Below, piece after piece: positions 1 to 8,890 of a stretch of DNA of 64,000 nucleotides. Origin of the DNA: an uncultured virus (IMG/VR IMGVR_UViG_3300006919_000039). Taxonomy: Duplodnaviria > Heunggongvirae > Uroviricota > Caudoviricetes. The stretch lies in IMG/VR virus record IMGVR_UViG_3300006919_000039; one strand, 5' to 3'. The notes below the pieces were generated by a model that did not search any database, was not told where the DNA came from, and saw nothing but the letters and a program-made list of their open reading frames with translations. The translations under genes were made by a program, and so were the position numbers. Positions within the stretch are counted from its first letter, which is position 1. Each line of letters begins with the position of its first letter.

Positions 1-1209
1 ATTCAAAGTGCGGTACCTACTATATTAACAGGCGATCAAGGTAATCCAGTAATAGGTGACGGTAATACTATGTTATTTAATAGTGTTTCCATTACGTTTA
101 GTGGAACTGGCGGATCATCTAATATATCAGAAATTACTAATCAATTAAATGCAGAATCCAGTAATACTTTTATAGTTGCAAGTACATTACCCAAAGAAAG
201 TGTAGCAACAGCAGACAGTGGAAACACAATTTATGGACTAATTGGTGGATATGTACCTTTTAGTGCATACATTGATAATGGTAGTGGAAACACTCTTATT
301 AATTTTACCAGTAATGGTAGTGTGTATGCAACTGTTAGTACTCCACAAGATATGGCTACAGATATTGATGCGGCCAATATTGCAAACTTAACAGTTACAG
401 CAACAGCAACAGAATTATCTTTATCAGATTTAAATGGAAATGCCATTAATATCTATAATGGTAATGCTGATACCGGAGGTTACCATTTTGTGGGTTCTAG
501 TAACATTTCAGGTTTACCAGCAACTACAAATGCCACAAATGCCGATAAACTCAGACTTACTAGAGATGACGGTGGTGAAATACTAATATACGAAGACAGC
601 ACACTATTCCAAGATCAAACAGGAATCTTCTCAGCACATACAGGTAGTGTACCTTTAGCAATGAACATTGAACAGGGTGTGCGTACAGGTGGTACTACTG
701 TGGTAGGTAGCACAAGTGCCAGAGATGCCTTAGCACCAGCGGCCGGAGACCAAGCATACGTTACAAACAAAGGCGACGGTGAATGGGGACTTTACTTATA
801 TACAGGTAGCACTTGGGTACAAGTATCAGATGCCGATAGTGCCAACGTTGATGCTAAAACACTCACAACAACATTCACAATGCCGGCAGGTGGTTTTGGT
901 ACTAGCACAACACAAAACCTCGGAAACATTTCAGCAGGTAGAAAGATTGTGTCAGTGTATGTTGATGTAGAAACAGCATATACCGGTTACTCAGGAAATG
1001 TTTTACCAAATGTAGAAGTTGGCAACATATCAGATCCTGATCAGTTTTGTGACTCTCCCAGTAACGATTTAACCACAGCAGGCTCTTATGTGTGTACTCC
1101 AGACTTTGTTTACCCTGAATCTGAAACACAAGATATGACTATTAGAGCTAGATGTAATCACTACCAAGCAAGTGCTGGAAACGTTACTGTTAAACTTACC
1201 TACGTATAA
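1..1209 (+). CDS. Virion structural protein (tail/baseplate-associated), 5'-truncated by the window
   Basis: Frame is open from base 1. Ser/Thr/Gly/Asn-rich beta-strand composition; lies directly upstream of a tail-fibre-like gene. Confidence 0.6.
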   Translation: MQSAVPTILTGDQGNPVIGDGNTMLFNSVSITFSGTGGSSNISEITNQLNAESSNTFIVASTLPKESVATADSGNTIYGLIGGYVPFSAYIDNGSGNTLINFTSNGSVYATVSTPQDMATDIDAANIANLTVTATATELSLSDLNGNAINIYNGNADTGGYHFVGSSNISGLPATTNATNADKLRLTRDDGGEILIYEDSTLFQDQTGIFSAHTGSVPLAMNIEQGVRTGGTTVVGSTSARDALAPAAGDQAYVTNKGDGEWGLYLYTGSTWVQVSDADSANVDAKTLTTTFTMPAGGFGTSTTQNLGNISAGRKIVSVYVDVETAYTGYSGNVLPNVEVGNISDPDQFCDSPSNDLTTAGSYVCTPDFVYPESETQDMTIRARCNHYQASAGNVTVKLTYV

Positions 1210-1227
1210 TCCATTTCCCCTAAATAA

Positions 1228-1235
1228 GATAAATA
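1228..1235 (+). promoter_or_regulatory. T4-like late promoter GATAAATA
   Basis: Octamer about 75 nt upstream of the tail-fibre gene. The same octamer occurs upstream of genes at 4940, 5283, 13007, 31659, 52172 and 59587. Confidence 0.6.
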
Positions 1236-1309
1236 CTATTAACGGATCAGCAAGTTCGCAGAACCGTTAATTCGAATTAGAACATATACTATGGTATTAG
1301 GAGAACATA

Positions 1310-4300
1310 ATGGCTGACATTAAAAACTTTGGTATCAAAGGTATTGCGGCTGATGTGCAAATGGGTAAAAGCGGTGGTAGACTTGTCTACGATAGCGGTA
1401 ACTCAAGATTTGACCTCACGCAATCTGATGGTTCCACATTAGAAGATGTTCGTTTCGGTACAGTAGGTGCAGGTACTTGGCAAGGTACTGCTGTTGGATC
1501 AACATATGGTGGACTTGGAGGAGACTTCAGTAGTTCAACAGGTGTATTGAAAATCAGTAGTGGTACAGTTAGTGCGGCGGCCTTGGATCTTACAGCAGAT
1601 GTAACTGGTGCTTTACCAGTAGCAAATGGTGGTACAGGTGCAACCGACGCCGGTGATGCAAGAACAAACTTAGGTTTGGGAAACATCTCAACACAGGCCA
1701 GTAACAATGTTAATATAGATGGCGGTACTATTGATGGTACTGTTATTGGTGGTACATCAGCGGTGGCAGGTAGTTTCACAACTATTAATGCCTCCGGAGC
1801 AATTACAGGTAACTTAACAGGTACAGCCGATGATGCAGATGCATTATCAAGTGCTGTAACTATTGCTTTATCAGGTGATGCTTCAGGAAGTGCTACATTT
1901 GTTAATGCAGGTGATACTGCAACTATTTCAACAACTCTTGCAAACTCAGGTGTGAGTGCAGGTAGTTATGGTAGTTCAAGTGCAATTCCTGTAATTACAG
2001 TAGATGCTAAAGGTAGGGTTACAAGTGTAACCACTGCGGCAACATCTAGTGTATTGACGATCGGAGCAGACTCCGGTTCAGACGATACTGTAACTGTAGG
2101 TACAGACACCCTTAACTTTGTTGGTACAAGCAACGAAATCGAAACAACAGTTTCTAATAATCAAATACAAATCGGTTTACCAAATGACGTTACAGTTGGA
2201 AACAACTTAACTGTAACAGGTAGTTTCTTATCAGATGATATCACATCTGCCTCAATTAGTATTGCAGGTGATGCCACTATTACTGGTAACTTAACCGTAC
2301 AAGGTACACAGACAACAGTAAATTCAACGACAGTTGAAACAGCAGATGCTATCTTCAGAGTAAACAGTAACGGTGCAGACACTGATGCTGGTTTTGAAGC
2401 AAATGCAAACGGTGTAATCAAACAAATCCTTTACACATCAGTTGGTGATGAGTGGGACTTTGGTTCAGAAAACGTTAAAGCAACTTCATTTGAAGGTGAC
2501 TTAACTGGTGATGTAACAGGTAGTATTGCAGGTGCAACTGCTACTATGACTGGTGCAGTAACTGGTAGTAGTTTAACAGACGGTACTGCTACATTAAGTA
2601 GTGGTGCTTTAAGTGGAGCAACTAACGGTACATTTAGTGGTACTGTACAGTACGGCTCATTAAGTGATGGTACAATCACAATCACAGGTTTTGTTGACGA
2701 AGACAACATGGCTAGTGATAGTGCTAGTTTAGTACCAACTCAACAGTCTGTTAAAGCATACGTTGACTCACAAGTCACAGCACAAGACTTAGACTTTGCT
2801 GGTGACAGTGGTGGAGCATTATCAGTAGATCTAGATAGTCAATCTTTAACTATCGCAGGTGGTACAGGTATTGAAACATCAGGTAGTGGTCAAACATTAA
2901 CTGTTAACCTTTCAGATTCAGGTGTAACAGCAGGTGACTACGGTGGTAGTGCAACTATTCCAACATTTACAATAAATGCTCAGGGACAGATCACAGCAGT
3001 AAGCAATAACTCAATTTCAACAAGTTTTGATATTGCGGCTGACAGTGGTACAAATGACACAGTAAATGGTGGTGAAACACTTACTATTGCAGGTACGGCT
3101 AATGAAATTGAAACAGCAGTAACAAATAATCAAATCCAAGTTGGACTAGTAGATAGCCCACAAGTTGGAAACATTACAGCATCAGGAACAGTAGAAGGTG
3201 GTACCGTAACAGACGGAACATTAAGTATTGCTTCTGGAAGTATTTCATCAGGTGTTGGTGCTACATTTAGTGGTACAGTACAAGGTGGTACTTTAACTGA
3301 CGGTACAGCAAGTTTAAATGCTGGTAACCTATCAAGTGCAGTAAATATTACAGCAAGTGGTACAGTACAATACGGATCTTTAAGTGATGGTACAATCACT
3401 GTAACTGGCTTTGTTGACGAAGACAACATGGCTAGTGATAGTGCTAGTTTAGTACCTACACAACAATCAGTTAAAGCATACGTGGATTCAGTTGCAACAG
3501 CGGCTGACTTGGACTTCCAAGGCGATTCAGGTGGTGCTTTAAGTGTTGACTTAGACTCACAAACATTTACAGTAGCAGGTGGTACAAACCTCAACACAGC
3601 AGGTAGTGGTCAAACATTAACTGTTAATCTTGACGATGCCATCTCACTTACAAATGTTACAGTTTCCGACACATTTACTGACGGTACTTTAAGTATTAGT
3701 GGTGGTGCTATTTCAGGTGCTACAACTGGTGCTTTCTCAAGTGACGTTACAATTGGTGGTAACTTAACTGTAAGTGGTACTACAACAAGTGTTAATTCAA
3801 CAAATACAACCATTGCTGATACATTGATTGAACTTCAATCAGGTTTAAGTGGTGCTAACCCTAACGACATAGGTCACATTTACGAAAGAGGTTCCGATGG
3901 AGACAACGGATTCTTAGGATGGGATCAAAGTGCTGATAGGTTCATGGCGGCAACTACAACAGCAACAGGTAGTGACACAGGCGACCTTAGTTTAACTGCG
4001 GCAGATTTTGAAGCGGCAGGATTTACTGGTACAAGTGCTACAATTAGTGGTGCTGTAAGTTTCGGTTCATTAACAGATAGTGGTGAATCAATTACAGTAA
4101 CTAAGTTTGTTGACGAGGCAGACGGAATCAGCAGTAACGATAACGATACTACTATTCCAACATCAGCGGCTGTTAAAGACTATGTCGATAACAACGGTGG
4201 TGACGGGTTAATACTTAGAAGTACAATAACTAGTGGTAGTGATACAATTGACATTGGTACAGTACCAAATGTTAGTGGTAGAACTTACTATGCAGATAAG

Positions 4301-4567
4301 ATTGTATTTAAGATCAGTACAGGATTTAGTGGTGGTTCTTTTAACCATATTCTTGTTAAAGAGAATGGTGGTTCAGGAAACGTTTTAGTTGCTTCAGCAG
4401 ATGCTGATGCGGCTACGGCTGGATCATACATCATCGAACTTGATGGTGATGATACACTTACTAAGAATGCTAGTATACAAGTACAATTTATGCAATCAGA
4501 TGGAACTACAGCGGCAACTACGTCAGCAGGTGCTGGTGTGGCTACTGTGCATTACAACTGGGTATAA
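1310..4567 (+). CDS. Long tail-fibre/virion fibre protein with internal repeats (1085 aa)
   Basis: G/T/S/D-rich. Fibre motifs LPVANGGTGA, AGSYGS..IPVITVDAKGRVT and PTQQSVKAYVD (2 copies plus a degenerate third). SD AGGAG upstream. Confidence 0.75.
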   Translation: MADIKNFGIKGIAADVQMGKSGGRLVYDSGNSRFDLTQSDGSTLEDVRFGTVGAGTWQGTAVGSTYGGLGGDFSSSTGVLKISSGTVSAAALDLTADVTGALPVANGGTGATDAGDARTNLGLGNISTQASNNVNIDGGTIDGTVIGGTSAVAGSFTTINASGAITGNLTGTADDADALSSAVTIALSGDASGSATFVNAGDTATISTTLANSGVSAGSYGSSSAIPVITVDAKGRVTSVTTAATSSVLTIGADSGSDDTVTVGTDTLNFVGTSNEIETTVSNNQIQIGLPNDVTVGNNLTVTGSFLSDDITSASISIAGDATITGNLTVQGTQTTVNSTTVETADAIFRVNSNGADTDAGFEANANGVIKQILYTSVGDEWDFGSENVKATSFEGDLTGDVTGSIAGATATMTGAVTGSSLTDGTATLSSGALSGATNGTFSGTVQYGSLSDGTITITGFVDEDNMASDSASLVPTQQSVKAYVDSQVTAQDLDFAGDSGGALSVDLDSQSLTIAGGTGIETSGSGQTLTVNLSDSGVTAGDYGGSATIPTFTINAQGQITAVSNNSISTSFDIAADSGTNDTVNGGETLTIAGTANEIETAVTNNQIQVGLVDSPQVGNITASGTVEGGTVTDGTLSIASGSISSGVGATFSGTVQGGTLTDGTASLNAGNLSSAVNITASGTVQYGSLSDGTITVTGFVDEDNMASDSASLVPTQQSVKAYVDSVATAADLDFQGDSGGALSVDLDSQTFTVAGGTNLNTAGSGQTLTVNLDDAISLTNVTVSDTFTDGTLSISGGAISGATTGAFSSDVTIGGNLTVSGTTTSVNSTNTTIADTLIELQSGLSGANPNDIGHIYERGSDGDNGFLGWDQSADRFMAATTTATGSDTGDLSLTAADFEAAGFTGTSATISGAVSFGSLTDSGESITVTKFVDEADGISSNDNDTTIPTSAAVKDYVDNNGGDGLILRSTITSGSDTIDIGTVPNVSGRTYYADKIVFKISTGFSGGSFNHILVKENGGSGNVLVASADADAATAGSYIIELDGDDTLTKNASIQVQFMQSDGTTAATTSAGAGVATVHYNWV
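2636..3630 (+). repeat. Intragenic direct repeat, about 2636-2910 vs 3356-3630 (offset 720 nt)
   Basis: SGTVQYGSLSDGTIT.TGFVDEDNMASDSASLVPTQQSVKAYVDS...DLDF.GDSGGALSVDLDSQ...GSGQTLTVNL occurs twice, with long identical DNA stretches. Confidence 0.9.
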
Positions 4568-4596
4568 TAACTAGTCTAAGAAGAAATTCTTAACTG

Positions 4597-4627
4597 AAAA
4601 GGGCGGTAATTTACCGCCCTTTTTTTA
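4597..4627. terminator. Bidirectional intrinsic terminator
   Basis: AAAAGGGCGGTAA-T-TTACCGCCCTTTTTTT between convergent genes. Confidence 0.9.
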
Positions 4628-4632
4628 TGAAA

Positions 4633-4797
4633 TCAATACCAAGGATTGTTAGTTACATACTCAGGTAGTTTTCTTTCCTCTGAACGAGGAAAATCAACTC
4701 TGCTGACTTTATAACTCTTAGCTCTAGGGCCAAGGACTTCCTTAGTAAGATCACGTTTGACTGCACGTTTGAATCGTGCTATTTGATACTTAGTCAT
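4633..4797 (-). CDS. 54-aa basic microprotein downstream of the tandem riboswitch (not in ORF track)
   Basis: MTKYQIARFKRAVKRDLTKEVLGPRAKSYKVSRVDFPRSEERKLPEYVTNNPWY*. SD AAGGAG upstream; ends at the terminator. Confidence 0.8.
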   Translation of the reverse strand: MTKYQIARFKRAVKRDLTKEVLGPRAKSYKVSRVDFPRSEERKLPEYVTNNPWY

Positions 4798-4818
4798 GTC
4801 ATCTCCTTTTACAAAGAT

Positions 4819-4879
4819 GCGTTCCTTCGGTACTATTACCTACTTCCGTTCACTGCTACATTTAGAGTGAATGAACGAT
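4819..4879 (-). ncRNA. glnA-class glutamine riboswitch aptamer (proximal copy)
   Basis: AUCGUUCA-UUCAC..GUGAA-CGGAAGUA-GGUA..UACC-GAAGGAACGC: P1 CGUUC/GAACG, hairpins P2 and P3, and the E-loop segments GGAAGUA and GAAG typical of the glnA motif. Confidence 0.88.
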
Positions 4880-4883
4880 TTCG

Positions 4884-4933
4884 GCGTTCCTTCGTCTTAT
4901 GACTACTTCCGTCCTAATGAATAGGATGAACGT
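4884..4933 (-). ncRNA. glnA-class glutamine riboswitch aptamer (distal copy)
   Basis: ACGUUCA-UCCUA..UAGGA-CGGAAGUA-GUC..GAC-GAAGGAACGC: same conserved core as the proximal copy, with different but still paired P2/P3 stems. Confidence 0.88.
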
Positions 4934-4939
4934 ATAAAA

Positions 4940-4947
4940 TATTTATC
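4940..4947 (-). promoter_or_regulatory. Late-type promoter GATAAATA directly 5' of the riboswitch
   Basis: TATTTATC on the + strand, 6 nt from the first aptamer. Confidence 0.55.
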
Positions 4948-4955
4948 TTATCTAA

Positions 4956-5171
4956 TTATTTAGAATTAACAAATTCGTTCAGTTCAGTCGCAACAGCAAC
5001 AATATCTGCCGCAGAAATTTGTTCTACCGGCAATTCTTGTTTGTTTTCAGGATCAATCTCATTGTGGTTAAATACCGCATCGATTTTTCTCTGTTGGTTT
5101 ATATTGATTATACCTTCTGCAAGGTTTAATAGATCGGCTCTGATTTCAAAGCCACTTTTTGTGTTTGACAT
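4956..5171 (-). CDS. Small conserved-type phage protein (71 aa)
   Basis: Strong SD ACAGGAG. The FEIRxxLLxLA...IVxVAxELNEFV pattern resembles small proteins of T4-like phages. Confidence 0.7.
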   Translation of the reverse strand: MSNTKSGFEIRADLLNLAEGIININQQRKIDAVFNHNEIDPENKQELPVEQISAADIVAVATELNEFVNSK

Positions 5172-5277
5172 AATTTTCTCCTGTGTGTCAGTGTGTTAAT
5201 CGACCGTGCCCTCCCGGGAGGGCCGACCTTGTACCATAGTAACATTCTTCTCCTAAGAGGTATATACCTTTGGTACT
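5172..5277 (-). ncRNA. Candidate structured 5' leader RNA
   Basis: GUACCA/UGGUAC stem enclosing AGGUAUAUACCU, then the perfect palindrome GCCCUCCCGGGAGGGC flanked by GGUCG repeats. Starts just after GATAAATA (5283-5290). Confidence 0.45.
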
Positions 5278-5289
5278 AAAAATATTTAT

Positions 5290-5847
5290 CTACTTAACTA
5301 GGAAGTTTACTGATAAAAAGAAATTATTCATCATGGATTCGTTAGATGTAAATCCAGTAATTAGATGACTTGGAAAATATACTACTTTGTTTTTTGCTGG
5401 TTTAATATAATGAGTCCATTCATCAAAGCCTTTAGGTGTAGCAAAATGTCTAGGTCCCATATCATCAAAATATAAATGACAGCCTTGATTAGATGTTTGT
5501 AACCAAACTACGGCCGTATACCAACTGTATTTTGTTATAAAGTGTGGCACAGAATGTTGTGGCATAACACAGGTGAGTTTTAAATCAGACATTTCAATTT
5601 TTTTATTACCTGTATTAAATTGAGGAGTTATTTCACTAGCAAATCTATTTACAAGTAGTTTTGTTAGTTTGCCTGTTTGTTCTCCCATTGTTCTTCCGTT
5701 AGGAGTAATCCAACCATAATTTGTTTCGTCAACTTGTTGTTTTTCAACTAAAAAATCTATTTCGTCTAAAATAGAATCTGATTGTTCTTTGCTTAGTTGT
5801 AAGTTTTCTGAAAAGACTCTGTTAGGGAATACATTAATTGATTTCAT
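5290..5847 (-). CDS. 2OG-Fe(II) oxygenase-like (DSBH fold) protein, apparently degenerate
   Basis: Architecture ...YTAVVWLQ...LYFDD...IKPAKNKVVYFPSHL...LSVNF. Canonical metal ligands are not evident. Start may be 5874. Confidence 0.55.
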   Translation of the reverse strand: MKSINVFPNRVFSENLQLSKEQSDSILDEIDFLVEKQQVDETNYGWITPNGRTMGEQTGKLTKLLVNRFASEITPQFNTGNKKIEMSDLKLTCVMPQHSVPHFITKYSWYTAVVWLQTSNQGCHLYFDDMGPRHFATPKGFDEWTHYIKPAKNKVVYFPSHLITGFTSNESMMNNFFLSVNFLVK

Positions 5848-5867
5848 AATACTATTTACCTTTTTAC

Positions 5868-5896
5868 TTGACATAAACTAAATATTCCTGTATAAT
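5868..5896 (+). promoter_or_regulatory. Sigma70 promoter
   Basis: TTGACA-N17-TATAAT, perfect consensus. Confidence 0.85.
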
Positions 5897-5919
5897 AAGG
5901 GCACAACATAGGAAATTAT

Positions 5920-6531
5920 ATGAAAAAAGATAAAATTATACTTACAGACTGCGATGGCGTAATTTTAGATTGGGAAGAAGGATTCTCAATATGGATGGAA
6001 CACCATGGTCATAGCAAGGTAGAAGGTTACCAATTTATGTATAGTATTGGTGATAGATATGGTATTGACAAAGATCAAGGCAATAAATTAGTTAAACAAT
6101 TTAATGAAAGTGCGGCAATAGGATTCTTACCTCCCCTAAGAGATGCACAATACTTTGTAAAGAAGTTACATGAGCAACATCAATACAAATTTATTTGTAT
6201 TACTAGTTTAAGTTTAGACCCTTATGCAAAATATTTGAGAAAAAGAAATCTCAAAAAACTTATGGGAGATGCATTTTTAGATGTAGTGTGTTTAGACACT
6301 GGCGCAGACAAAGATACTATTTTACAAGAGTATGGTGAAAAATATACTGGTAATTACTGGATAGAAGACAAACCAGAAAATGTTAATTGGGGTATAGACG
6401 CAGGTCTCAATGGCATACTTATAGAGCATGGCCACAATCTAGACTACAAAGGTGATGCAACCATAGTAAAAAATTGGCAAGAGATTTATAGTATTATTAC
6501 TTCACGTAAGAATTATATAAAAAACACTTGA
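5920..6531 (+). CDS. HAD-family 5'(3')-deoxyribonucleotidase-like phosphatase
   Basis: Motif I DCDGVI, motif II ITS, motif IV IEDK. Confidence 0.8.
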   Translation: MKKDKIILTDCDGVILDWEEGFSIWMEHHGHSKVEGYQFMYSIGDRYGIDKDQGNKLVKQFNESAAIGFLPPLRDAQYFVKKLHEQHQYKFICITSLSLDPYAKYLRKRNLKKLMGDAFLDVVCLDTGADKDTILQEYGEKYTGNYWIEDKPENVNWGIDAGLNGILIEHGHNLDYKGDATIVKNWQEIYSIITSRKNYIKNT

Positions 6532-6555
6532 CATATCTGTATTATTTGTTATACT
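6528..6555 (+). promoter_or_regulatory. Sigma70 promoter
   Basis: TTGACA-N16-TATACT with TG extension. Confidence 0.75.
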
Positions 6556-6579
6556 ATTATACATAGTTAGGAGTAAAGC

Positions 6580-7908
6580 ATGACAGATACACTAGAAAAA
6601 ACACCCAAAGCAACAGGAACTGCTAAAGACCGTGCGTCTAAAACATTAGTAGATATACCTGAAACTACACTTTCAGATGAAGAAGTAAGGGATAAACTTA
6701 TTAAAGCCAGAATAGAAATGCTGATGTCAGCACCATTTTTTGGTAACTTAGCAACTAGATTAATTATTAAAGACGCAACTAGTTGGTGTCCAACAGCCGC
6801 AACTGACGGCAAATACTTTTATTATAACAAACATTTTGTAGCCGCATTAAGTGATGCAGAATGTGTATTCCTTATGGGACATGAAGTATTACATTGTGTA
6901 TATGATCATATGGATGCAAATCGTAGAGGAGACAGACACCCTGTACTTTGGAATGTTGCTAATGACTATGTTATTAATGGAGACTTAATTGATGCCAGAG
7001 TAGGCGAAGAAATTAAGTTGGTACAAATATGTCATGATTGGAAATACAGAGGCAAAGTTTCTGAAGAAATATATGACGACTTATATAAACAAGCAAAAGA
7101 AGATGGCCGTATTATGGAAATGGATTCTTTTGACGTACACTTAGACAGAGAAGAAGGTGATGACGAAGGTTCAGGCTCTGCTAGTAAAGGAAACACAGAC
7201 GGTGATGAGGACGGTGACGGTCCTGCAAAATATACTGCTGAAGAAAAAGAGCAAATTTCTCAAGAATTTAAAAATGCTACTATGCAGGCCGCCAAGGCGG
7301 CTGGTGCCGGTAACTTGCCAGGAGGCGTAAAAAGGTTATTAAATGACCTGCTTAATCCTCAACTTGATTGGAGACAATTACTTGCTATGCAAATCCAAAG
7401 TGTAATGAGAAGTGATTACACAATGGCAACTCCTAGCAGAAAAGGTCTTAACGAAGGTTACTACTTGCCAGGACTTGATAGAGAAACAACAATTGATATT
7501 GTTGCCGCTCTTGATATGTCAGGTAGTATTTTTGATGATATGGCAAGAGACTTTTTAAGTGAATTAAAAGGTATAATGGATCAGTACACAGACTTTAAAA
7601 TCCACTTACTATGTTTTGACACAGAAGTTTACAATCCAAAAGTATTCACACAAAATGATATGGGCGAGTTTATGGAATATGAACTCAACGGAGGCGGTGG
7701 TACCGACTTTGATTGTGTGTTTAATTGGATGAAAGAAGAAGGAGTACAACCTAAGAAATTGGTTATGTTTACTGACGGCTACCCTTACGGAAGTTGGGGA
7801 GATGAAGGTTACTGTGACTCCTTGTTTATAGTTCATGGTGGATATGGCGACAGAATTCCAGAAGCACCTTTTGGTATTACTGTACCCTATAAAAGAGATC
7901 AAGAATGA
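6580..7908 (+). CDS. Metallopeptidase-like (HExxH) plus VWA domain protein (DUF2201 type), likely MoxR partner
   Basis: TAATDG, HEVLH, MIDAS motif DMSGS, GGGGTDF, FTDG. Confidence 0.9.
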   Translation: MTDTLEKTPKATGTAKDRASKTLVDIPETTLSDEEVRDKLIKARIEMLMSAPFFGNLATRLIIKDATSWCPTAATDGKYFYYNKHFVAALSDAECVFLMGHEVLHCVYDHMDANRRGDRHPVLWNVANDYVINGDLIDARVGEEIKLVQICHDWKYRGKVSEEIYDDLYKQAKEDGRIMEMDSFDVHLDREEGDDEGSGSASKGNTDGDEDGDGPAKYTAEEKEQISQEFKNATMQAAKAAGAGNLPGGVKRLLNDLLNPQLDWRQLLAMQIQSVMRSDYTMATPSRKGLNEGYYLPGLDRETTIDIVAALDMSGSIFDDMARDFLSELKGIMDQYTDFKIHLLCFDTEVYNPKVFTQNDMGEFMEYELNGGGGTDFDCVFNWMKEEGVQPKKLVMFTDGYPYGSWGDEGYCDSLFIVHGGYGDRIPEAPFGITVPYKRDQE

Positions 7909-8540
7909 TTGTATGGGTCTTTGGCGTTAGCTCAGACTTTGGACAAGTCATGCTGTCTGAGTTTGAGCAACATGCTACTGAAGTTCATGCCTTTGGTAGA
8001 AGTAATGTTAATTACAAAGACCCTAAATCATTTATAGATTCTAAGGCAAGCAAATTAGAAATACCTGATACTGTGGTGTTTAATATTAATGTAGGTGTGC
8101 CTTTTGAAATGAATCGCCCTATCCACACCCAAGATGTAGACACTCAAAAATTAATATTTGGAGAATGGTTTCATAACAGTTTAGACACAAACTTCTTTAA
8201 AGTCTATTTGTTTGATTGGTTAATTAATAATGGGTTTAAAGGACAGATATGTCATATAACAAGCCAAGTTGCTAGAGACCAGTATCCTGAACTTAAAGAT
8301 CTATTACAGTACAAAATGCTAAGATCTTTAGATTATCAGATAATACAAACACAGAAACAATATGGTATTAATGCATATGGAATGTGTCCTGCCCATATAC
8401 AAGATAGTACTGAATGGCCTAAGTATATGGCAAACCTTATACTAGATCAGGATAAAGAAACATCTTGGTTATATGGAGTTATAAAAGATGATGGTGTGAT
8501 GGGATATATAAGTTATCCTTCGGAAGGACTATATGATTAA
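7905..8540 (+). CDS. Short-chain-dehydrogenase-like Rossmann protein, degenerate
   Basis: WVFGVSSDFG N-terminus; ITS...Y..LRSL. Paralog of 57950-58552. Confidence 0.5.
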   Translation: MIVWVFGVSSDFGQVMLSEFEQHATEVHAFGRSNVNYKDPKSFIDSKASKLEIPDTVVFNINVGVPFEMNRPIHTQDVDTQKLIFGEWFHNSLDTNFFKVYLFDWLINNGFKGQICHITSQVARDQYPELKDLLQYKMLRSLDYQIIQTQKQYGINAYGMCPAHIQDSTEWPKYMANLILDQDKETSWLYGVIKDDGVMGYISYPSEGLYD

Positions 8541-8826
8541 AAGGACCACTTGTTTAACAGACCAGGATTGGCAAAACTTACATGGCAACGATCTATATAT
8601 AAGTATGTTGCGAAACAAAGTAAAATGTGAAGTAAAAAAGGATTCCGCAGATACAGATGTATTTGATTATATTAAAGAAGTACCGGAATTTTTAGTATAC
8701 TATACAGCAGAAAATGTTTATGGGTGGATTACATTGTATGTATATTTTGAAAGCCCTACAGACATGGAAAATTTTATTCATTTTTATAATTCAAACAATG
8801 GTATTAAGAAAATAGAAAATTCCTAA
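8533..8826 (+). CDS. Hypothetical protein
   Basis: 97-aa ORF overlapping the upstream stop. Confidence 0.6.
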   Translation: MIKRTTCLTDQDWQNLHGNDLYISMLRNKVKCEVKKDSADTDVFDYIKEVPEFLVYYTAENVYGWITLYVYFESPTDMENFIHFYNSNNGIKKIENS

Positions 8827-8890
8827 CCGTTTTTTCCATTTTTTAAAATCATATAAAATAAATATTACTATAAATTAACAGGAGTTTATA

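Noticed and set aside
1239..1271. Hairpin TTAACGG...CCGTTAA in the fibre-gene leader as a riboswitch
   Set aside because: Single stem with no recognisable aptamer core; more likely a 5' stabilising hairpin.
1387..3813. Several 67-155 aa minus-strand ORFs inside the fibre gene
   Set aside because: Antisense shadows of a Gly/Thr/Ser-rich gene; no SD and no recognisable motifs.
4819..4933. Direct repeat GCGTTCCTTCG...CTACTTCCGT as a mini CRISPR array
   Set aside because: Only two units, the variable parts form hairpins, no cas genes are present, and the glnA riboswitch explains it better.
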